In this document: in pieces, positions 55,001-64,000 of the stretch
Position numbering within the stretch: position 1 is the first letter of the stretch
Layout of the letters: every line of letters begins with the position of its first letter
NCBI GenBank assembly: GCA_040954595.2
Contig: CM082586.2
Location: 5,628,509-5,692,508, forward strand
Origin: Balanoglossus misakiensis
Taxonomy: Eukaryota; Animalia; Hemichordata
DNA length: 64,000 bases
Direction: 5' to 3'
The notes under the pieces: model-generated
Told to the model about the DNA's origin: nothing
Databases searched by the model: none
What the model saw: only the letters and a program-made list of their open reading frames with translations
Translations under genes and position numbers: made by a program

Positions 55001-58000
55001 TGCACCTCTGAATAGTGTCCTTCAAGCGGTTTTGTTGGAAGAAAGTTTTCAAACCCTACAATATGGCCGTTTAGGGGGCAAGGTGTCTGGAGAAGAGGGG
55101 GGGGGGGGGCGTCGATTGATTGTGAAAATAACCAGGGGGGGGGGGTTTAATACACAGGAGATGTTTTCAAGTTTTGGGATGATGTGTTGGGTTTACTTTG
55201 GTGCAAGAATTCCCTTAATATTATTCACCTAGGTCTGGTTCAATGCAGATTTTGGGTTTGACTAATGAATGCTGTTGGGGTGACTGTCTTTTATCTTGTG
55301 TATATAGATGTATGCAAAAAGAGGCCACAAAAGCTTTGGGTGTTTTCGCTCTGGGCACCGTACTCCTCACGGGATCTGTTCACTCAGGTCAGCGGAACAC
55401 CTTGGGTTTTTGTTTCTCATATGTTTTACTGTGTATTTGAGAACTGCCCAGTGTTAATTTTGGCAGCCATCATCCAGTTATATCTCTGTGCATACAGTCC
55501 ATGGGCTTTTTCTAAATATTTCTAGTAATTTTTCAAATATAGGTGATTGGGGGGGGGGGGGGTCAGGGAGGTTGTTTTAACCTGTAAGGTTGGATCCGAT
55601 TTTGAGCTGACATGTTAATTCTACTGTTATTTCTATCAAAGCCTTTAAATTTTGCTTGTTTCGACAAGCATAGAAAGAGGCCTGGGCAAATGTTGGGGTA
55701 GATATCTGGTGGTTTTCCCCAGGGATAGTTAGTGGAGGGTAGGGATAAACTTGATGTGGGCATGGGCAGTTGGAGCCGTCAGTTTGAGATGTTGTGTGGG
55801 ATAGTAGTCATGGCAACCTTTCATCGAACCCAAATGAAAATATTATATCATCATCAGCATGAATAGCACTCCCTGCAACATTTAAAAAATAATTTGCATG
55901 CCAATCACTGATATAAATGCACGTACATGGCATTATTCATAAAAAAAAGCTGATGGCAGTAATTATTATTATGACTGCAGCATTGATGATTATTTTATCA
56001 TTGTCTCTTGTAAAGTGTCTTTCATATTTGAAGGGCTTTTATTGGGCTTAAGGGAATCAATTGGATTTCTGTTCATCATGCAAAAAGTTGCTCACAGTTG
56101 TCTTCATGCATTCACATAAAGATGTCATTTATTGCATCAGCCATGAGGATTATAAACCAATTGTACCACATCCTATAGGCTTTTCTCATCTGGTGTTGTG
56201 TGATATTCTATGGAATCTGTATGCTGTTGTTTTATATATGTTGGGTCGCAAACGTTAATCTCCTGATTGATGTTTGCAAGTATATATTGAGCTATATATA
56301 CACACATACCGGTACGGTGAAAATTAGGCATTTTAGATCAAAAATCATGTGCAATGCCAAAAAATAAGTGTTCTTTTGACAAATACATTAAGGTTTATTA
56401 CCTGTTTCGTAAGTTGTGATACCATCATCCCTTGTGTACTCTAGCAGAATATACTGTGGGAGTTTTAGTTTTCCTTTATCGATGGATACAGGGTTGTCGT
56501 CCAACCATTGCACGATAACGTCTTTTGCTGTATATGCGTCTATGTGAAGAAGTGAGATAGCCTCCAATAGTCAATATCTTAATTTGTGTGTGTGTGATTG
56601 TGTAATATGTATGGATGGATGGTTAGATTATTTCAGTTTCACAAGTAAAGCATAAGATAACATTTAAGGCTAGATAAGACCATTGATCAATCTCTACTCT
56701 CGATCAGTTTTATAACATGTACACAAATACTGTCAACACCACTACTACTTACTACAAGATATGATAATGACATGGAGTACTTACATGACTCAATTCTCAT
56801 GAAGCACGATTGAGTATCAAAAGGAAACAAATCCAGGTCCATTTCACATGCTAAAACAAGAGTTATTCTGTGTCGAGGTAAAAATCAACATGAAAATAAT
56901 GTTCAGCACTGTGATAGCCATTGTCTGATGTAGTTTATAGTGTGCTCTGTACATAATATGGAAGAATCCTTTATAAGATGAACCCCCCCCCCCTATGCAT
57001 TACAGGTCATCAAACTAGTTTTATAACATGAAAAATCCCCCCTCCCCCTCTGATGAGTAGCAAGTTATCTAGATATGAATCAAGTTATTTATTCACAATT
57101 CAGCAGAGAAGCATGATAATTATATACAATGTTAGAGACTCGATATTTTAATTACCTGTAACTGCTCAGTATATCACCGTTATGGCTAATCCTGATGTAT
57201 GAGTTTTGTTTTGGCGAGTCATGTAGGATTTCTTCCTTGGCGTTGACGAAAAAAGAATCAGGAAGCCATATTCTGTCTTTGACTTTGCCGTCCACTATCA
57301 GTGACGGTACGGTAGAGTTGTCGAAGACAAGTCTTGGGTCATTCCAATACTGCCTGAAGTATACCGTCATTGAATAATCCTATACACAAGACATATTGTT
57401 TGCAAGGTTTAGTGGTGTCTCTTATCTGAGCATTAACAAGAGAATATTGTCAATACTGGACTTCTCAAACCAATATATTCAGACAAGTACAGTGGTCTTG
57501 GAAAACATTTAACAGACACGTGTAGGCAGCCATGCTGACTACACAAAGCCAATATGTAGTGGAAGTTTAGCCTAGCTTATGCTGGCCAACTATTATCCAA
57601 GTTTAATTTGTTATATCTCTCTCTTTCTATATCTGTTTGGGTGTATGTGTGTGAGTGTCTATATCTACATGTACCTGTTATGTGTATCTATGAAATCTGT
57701 ATTGCTTACTGGGCAGAGCTGTATGGGTGTCGTACAACAATTTAGCAAAACATTAAAAAAAACTTGCATTTTTCTTGTTCCTTTGAAATGAAAAGCAAAT
57801 CAGAACAAAAAATTAAGCTTACCATACGTGCTTCTGAAATAGAATGAAGACTTTCCACGGCTAAACTAATCGATACAACGTCTGGCTTACCTGTATGTGA
57901 AAAAGTCGATTGTATATAAACACCGCGGTGAATCCCATTAAATAAGAATGCAGCTTCAATACTAAATGTAAATGTACAGAAATAAATCCTGTCAAATGAA

Positions 58001-58158
58001 AATCATGCATACCTCCAGAATGGGGCCGTGTTAGTATATCTATATCATTATAGTTTTCTAGTAGCCCTTTCAGTATCATTGCTGGGCTAATGGCATCACT
58101 GTCTGTGGTCGTGTCGTTGGCTATATTGGTGGTTTCTGTTCCTGTTATATTACTGGCT
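52005..58158 (-). CDS. Cys-loop ligand-gated anion channel subunit (paralogue E); signal-peptide exon not located (upstream of 58158)
   Basis: Exons 58013-58158 ([21 protein letters not shown]), 57823-57890 (68 nt), 57156-57379 (224 nt, [22 protein letters not shown]), 56785-56867 (83 nt, [18 protein letters not shown]), 56402-56539 (138 nt), 53124-53353 (230 nt, [33 protein letters not shown]), 52735-52911 (AIDIWMTTC), 52005-52343 ([21 protein letters not shown], stop). Confidence 0.94.
52503..52612. repeat. (GAAT)n/(GAGT)n microsatellite
   Basis: Direct reading. Confidence 0.9.
53480..55800. repeat. Composite G/C-run-rich insertion with internal duplications in intron 6 of gene E (probably transposon-derived; boundaries approximate)
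   Basis: ~53905-54058 is similar to ~55316-55468; tandem copy ~54083-54263 vs ~54282-54444; ~54445-54530 is similar to ~55590-55675; several long G runs. This intron is about 3 kb, versus about 0.3 kb for the same intron in A-D. Confidence 0.65.
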
Positions 58159-58569
58159 CTGAAAAAAGAAAATTTAAATAAATGTTTCAATGTGAAACTG
58201 ACCAGTAATACAGCACTTGTACAGCACATATGTCAAAACAGCCATGTCTTTCATGAACTTGACTTGGCTCTGTATTTTGTTTTCTTATCAGTGCTTTATC
58301 GTTTTGTTACTGTTTTGGGCCATGACATGTAAATACTGTATATGTGACCTGAACATAGGGAGCATTCAGTATTTACAGGGGGGGGGGGGGTGATTAAGCG
58401 TACACCTGGACTCTAAAATGTGACCCTGCCACATATCCTCCCTTCTTAAATGTGACCCTCCCTGACCCCCCCCCCCCCCATCCCACCACTTTAGGACATT
58501 TTGTGCCATGATATACAGTACACTGATGTATTGTGTGTGCAATCAACATATAGCAAAGGGTCTTTAATA

Positions 58570-58667
58570 TTAACTATTTCACTACCATGATTTGTCTTTA
58601 ATCTAATGTGTCTATTGTTTTATATGGCAAAGTTGGACCTCAGGCAACATGGGGTGAAAGTGTTTAA
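58570..58667. mobile_element. About 95-bp short TIR element, copy 2 of the family at 43342-43433
   Basis: ttaactatttcactaccatg ... tatggcaaagttggacc ... tggggtgaaagtgtttaa; TTAA at both ends; resembles 43342-43433. Confidence 0.55.
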
Positions 58668-61600
58668 CAAGCTGTTACTTTTGTTCCATGATGATGATGA
58701 TGGCGACGTGGGTGGTGGTGTTGGTGGTTTTGGTGGTGGCGGCGGCGTGGGTGGTTGTTTTGGTGGTTTTGGTTATACATGCTCGTCAAAGCACTTGAAA
58801 AATTTTAGTAGTAAGTCACTATTTTTGTGTGACAGGAGTATGATTCATGTACCTTACTAATTTTAGCTCGAACACTTTTGTCTCGTGCCTATTGTCCTCA
58901 TCCAAATTCTTTCAAATGTGTATTTGCATATTGTTTGAACTGCTTACAGTTTTTATGAACGTCGTCTACAAATCAATCGACCTTGAGAAAAGATATGATT
59001 AATATTACCTTTTGCTATTATATCTCATAATAGACCAATTTGCACTGAAAGATATTGTATTCTATGTTAAAGGTTCAATAATGTCGGAAGACATATAAAG
59101 GATGCCCTTGACTTCTAACAAGATATAAATGGCTTGATGCTATTCTGTTCAGGGAGATTTAAATGGTGGCATTGGCAATAATGTACATTCAAACGACAGT
59201 TAGTTTTCATTACTGTGTCCGTCACTGTATTGTGTACCACTGTATTACTCCCAAAGCTATTATAAAAAAGGTCATTCAGTCAGCCAGGTGTGTAATCAGC
59301 ATTTTATTGTACATTGGCTACAAAGTTAACTCCCTACATGAATCACCACTAATTCCCAAGAGGATGATTGTGAAAGTCATAGGCTTATTCAATGTCTCAT
59401 CCGAGAAGATGTAGGCATAGATAACTAATGCATATTGAGACAGTTCAGGAACAATGTTCCAAAAGAAAGCATAAACATTTTCCCTAGAAGGAATTAATAA
59501 AATAAACTTGATCATCAATGTACTTATGGATTAGGTACCACCCCATTTTAAAATCCATCTGACATTTTACTATACGTATACAATATAACATCAGCTTGAA
59601 TGATAGGGAACAATTTCCATTGGCATGCTGCTTGCGACAGCATGTCACATTCTACGGTCATGTGATAAGTCACCTGACTATCAAACAAAGTACTGATATT
59701 AGGCATTTTTTCTAGTGGACCTCTAGCAGAGAGGCCAGGAAGTCATGTCATGTGTTTTGAAAACACAATCAGTATGAATCATGCCCCCAAAATGAAGGCA
59801 CCCACCTATAATTTAAAATATGAAGCGGTGACTCTGAAATAGATGCGCATATACTGTGTTTAACTTTAAGGGTATGTTATAGGTCACTGACGAGTTGAAA
59901 CCTAATCGATTGAGTGAGGTGGAATATCTTCTTGGTGTAATACTAAATTGTTTCCAATGAAAAACCTGTATGATTTTTCTGAATTTACCTGGTAAGTCAC
60001 GGTTGGGTGGAGGACGTACTACCCGTATATTGTGACACAGTTAATTTGTCTGGACCCAGTTACATTAAATGATTAATTGAACATCTAAATGTTAATTTGA
60101 GTAATGATACCAATAGCTTTACCAATCCATATTCAAATTTCTTATCAGGCACAAAATGTATCCGAATTTGATCCGATCAGCCGTTCTTGAGATATCACGC
60201 CCACTGAAATACATTCAGGCTGGGTCCAACTGTATTGAAACACTCTTGAAAAAGTTCATTTCCCGGCAGAATTCAACCAAAATGCTATTGCTGTAGTCAC
60301 ACACAGATCATATTGCAATATGTAAAAGACATGTATGCCGAAGTCATTTCTTTAACAGGAACCTGCTACTCACCCGCAAAAGTTCAATTAATAATTAAAC
60401 GCTAATGCATAATTATTATTAATGGAAAAAATAATGAGTCGGCGGTGTGTGCATTGTTCACTGTTGGCCGAATGATAACTGAATGAATGTTTATTCTCTG
60501 TGAGCACAACTTATAAATCTTTTATCAGTTATCGATTGAGCGAAACCTGGATGGAACTCCATAGATGACTTGTTGATACTTAAAGCAAATATATGCTATT
60601 CATTAGTGATGTGTATACCCCACCTTAATGGGTCCTTTTCAGAAATAGATACCAACTGATTTAGATGCCGTCTTTCAATTGCGCATATAATGATTTTTTT
60701 GTGTCAAAAACAGCAAGAGGCGTTGAATTATTTATGGCTAGCAGAGGCAAAATGATGCCAAATGTCTTCCTGGAACAGAGCTCACAGATATGATGTTATG
60801 TATGAAACTACGAGTTACAGCTACCACTAAATATAGCTGTTCTCCCCGGTTTATCCAGCTCTAGCCTTGCAATATTGTATTGTATTTGTACATTTTTATA
60901 CATCTATTCATTCGCTGGCAGATTTAGCCTCGCTTGTAGCAGTTTACCGTTCACAGAAAATACTAAAGTATGACCCGAGCTATTATTGCCACTGAACAGA
61001 TGTGGCTTTTGTGACTCTTTCATCGCCAAACAGTATTTTACGCGCTTTATGATTTCTAAATTGAGTGCTGGTATTGATTGCTTGTTTATTTTTGGCAGAT
61101 TTTTCATGCTATAAAGCAAAACATTTCGCTGATCAGAGGTCCCTTTCAGTGATATTCAATCAAGTCTATCATGGTGATTGAAACAATACTCTGTGTAAGA
61201 GCTCGAAAAAAGATAATTTAATTTTCAATGTTTTGGGGATGCTGCTAAAAATAGTGTTCACTTTCGTAAAATACAGATATATTTCCTTTCGCAACAATTA
61301 CCTACCTTGACTAATTCCGGTAAAAAATTACCTTGAAATGTTGAAGGCTTTCTTCTAATAGCGGCTCATTTGAATAAATATACAAAGGCCTTTTATTAAT
61401 GGAACATTTTGTTCGGCCATACACGCACATCAGTAAGTTGCTAACAAATGAGTATGCCACAACGCCGTATGTGTCTAAAAAAACATGTTTTTGCCCTACC
61501 TGCGCACAAACAGTAAACAGAATGTGTCAGGATTTTTAATCAGTTCACCAGAGATACGACAAAAACAAAGTACGTGCTTTGACTGCTGAAATTCTCCATT

Positions 61601-63940
61601 GTTTGCACAATATTGGCGATGATTAAATTAGCTCATAATTGAACTGAACTGCAAATAAAAATTATGTACATTATGAAATATGTTTGCGACTGCAGTCTTT
61701 AACTGTCGCTTATAATACAGTGAGCAAATTAGTGTCCTATTGTCGATAAGTCAACAAGTACCGGAAGGGGGATGTTTGCTTACCGGAAAACAAATACTAC
61801 CTTTCTAAATATACAACACAAATATTACGTTTGTGAATTTTCAAAACACTTTCCAAAGAAAGAGTATGCTCACTTATGCCTGGGGACTATGTATGGAGAT
61901 ATTTGTATTTTTTTAAGTCAGCAATCTACGTTTCAAATTACAAAGCACTGGACTATGTTCATCAGATTTTATAGCCTCTGAAGTACTTCTTTCATTATTG
62001 CAACCAGCATCGCGTTGACACTCTAAACTCTTTGTGACCTTTGGTGAAATTAAGAATGAGAATAAACTGGTCCATGCAATGGTACTCAGACCTTTCTTGT
62101 AGTATACATATTACATTGTGACTAGCAAATATTCTTCCATTGGTGTGTCCAATAATCCGACTCCGGAAACACAAAATTTGAATTGCATAAACTAAAATAA
62201 CAATTTGGTGTTGGCGATCTGTTGCGACTAAACAGAAAAGCTAACCGGAAGCACCATAGTCCAGTTGCTAAGAGCAGAGAAGGATTGTGGGTTTGAGCCT
62301 GGCATGGTGTGGAGAGCTTTCGCTTTTTAAAAATGATATAAAGCAAACAAATTATATGTCGTCATGAATACCCCGCGAAATCATAAATAACGGTCGACAG
62401 CCATTATGTTACTGTCACAAAATTAATGCCGGTATGGAAAGACGAACAATGGACTCTAATCATGATAGTCATTAATTTTTGCAGACGACGGTCGGTTAAT
62501 GTGCCTTGTTGAAAGGCATACACAGTTGGGCATCGGTGTGATGACGGGAAATGCCCTAGTGATGATTCATATCCATGGTTTGATTATATGTCTGAGATTT
62601 TTCCTTCGCACAAATACTACCGGTGGATAATTGCACCACAGAAGCAGAATGAGGATAAACATGCCGGTATCTATTCCGCCAACAAAACTCGCAAAACAAC
62701 ATCTACATGCACGTGCCAAGCGCCTAATTCAAAATATTTGTTTCACACAACACTTTAATACCCCACTATGCTATACTATACTTTGTGTAATAACCCCCAT
62801 AATCAGAAATATTTGAAAAAAGTGAGCGACTAATAGATCAAAATATGCACCTCATGATGACCTTCACATTGGTAAAGTTGTGGCTTCAATGAAAACTTAA
62901 AAACCGCTGTTGCTATTTATACCAACACAAAATCGTAAAAAATTATATGCAGTCAACTGTATTGCATTAAAATATATTTGATCACGCTATGCGTACAAAA
63001 TTCACACTCCATGGACTGATGTTTGCGTGTACCGTATCACCCAAATTTCACAGGTTGCCTGTTGGCTTCTTTGAAGAATCTGGTACCTCTGGTGGTGGCA
63101 GTGGTGTCTGGGGAAAATGGGTATCTATACCCGTCTGCCTAAAATTATCTGGTATATGTTCATTGTATGTGCTCACTCCTATTCATAAATGAATGCTATG
63201 CCATATGCCCAGCGCGTTGCCCTTTGATCTGCAATTATTGAAAATAAAACGTGGGACCTTCTTTTGTTCTTATTCTAATTTTGACATTTATCCGAGCCAT
63301 CGACGTTGTTTGTGGCTTATCACGCTTGCTTACTCCTAATGCAATGTGTTCAATTGTGCATAGCAACAAAAACACATTGTATTTTGTGTGGGTTCATACC
63401 AAACCATTAATTGAAACACGTCATATAACGGCTCTATAAAACAAATATTATATTTAATTTCCAGTTAATGAAAAGTTCACTCTCGCCAAGTGCATACGGT
63501 AGGCGAATTTGGAGATAAATTTATTGTGGGCCAAAACCAACAACATCCAGTGAAATTCACAATATGTCGATTGATACCAAGCGACACTTTACACACGAAG
63601 CATTAAACGCCCACACTTTATATAGAACACACACTATTGATTTATTCAGGGAAACACACAAACGTTGATGTCAATAACTCCACCCCTATATCTAATATGT
63701 TCTCAAACAAATGGGGAAACTCTTTTGTGTTTTCGTAGCACGTTGAACCAGCCAGTCATTTTCGATTGAATTATGCCATTTAACGGAGTGTTTAAATCAA
63801 ATCACACGACCAACACTAACTGGCACTGCGGGTAGGAAAATGCAAGATCGTGATGATGATGAGTGTTTGGTAGGATTCTGCGATATAAAATATAGGGTGC
63901 AAAGACATGTATGTATAGAACTGTGACATGTCTGATATGT

Positions 63941-64000
63941 TAGAAAAATGGGCAAAATATAAGCAAACACTAGAAGAATGGGCAAAATATAAGCAAACGC
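63941..64000. repeat. 30-bp tandem repeat (2 copies visible, may continue beyond the window)
   Basis: TAGAAAAATGGGCAAAATATAAGCAAACAC / TAGAAGAATGGGCAAAATATAAGCAAACGC. Confidence 0.8.

Noticed and set aside
58159-64000. Search for the signal-peptide exon of gene E
   Set aside because: The phase-2 donor candidates I examined (near 59008, 61783, 62090) gave stops or non-hydrophobic peptides; none called.

Overview
AT-rich, intron-containing animal genomic DNA with many microsatellites and MITEs. It looks like a marine invertebrate, but the taxon cannot be fixed from the sequence. Most ORF-track entries are spurious because the real genes are spliced. Manual GT-AG exon reconstruction shows five paralogous Cys-loop (pentameric ligand-gated) anion-channel subunit genes of the GABA-A/glycine-receptor type. 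A (2319-19235) and B (24714-32653) are on +; C (36461-~40495), D (42139-46190) and E (52005->58158) are on -. All five share the same intron positions (68-nt and 83-nt exons, 230/233-nt M1-M2 exon), a PAR anion filter and an unusual M2 (10'A, 17'W/L). Their agonist-binding loops have diverged sharply: B and E keep an amino-acid-type pocket, C and D keep only the complementary-face Arg, and A has lost essentially all canonical residues. Two non-channel genes sit inside the cluster. One is a 2-exon GT32/alpha-1,4-glycosyltransferase-like type II membrane protein with a degenerate DxD motif. The other is an unrecognised acidic, probably tail-anchored protein with an ActA-like FPxPPxEEEL (Ena/VASP EVH1) motif. 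Other observations are a possible 1-nt frameshift at the start of gene C, a TTAA-flanked Kolobok/T2-type MITE, other small TIR elements, a foldback-like repeat, a template-switch palindrome and a G-run-rich composite insertion.
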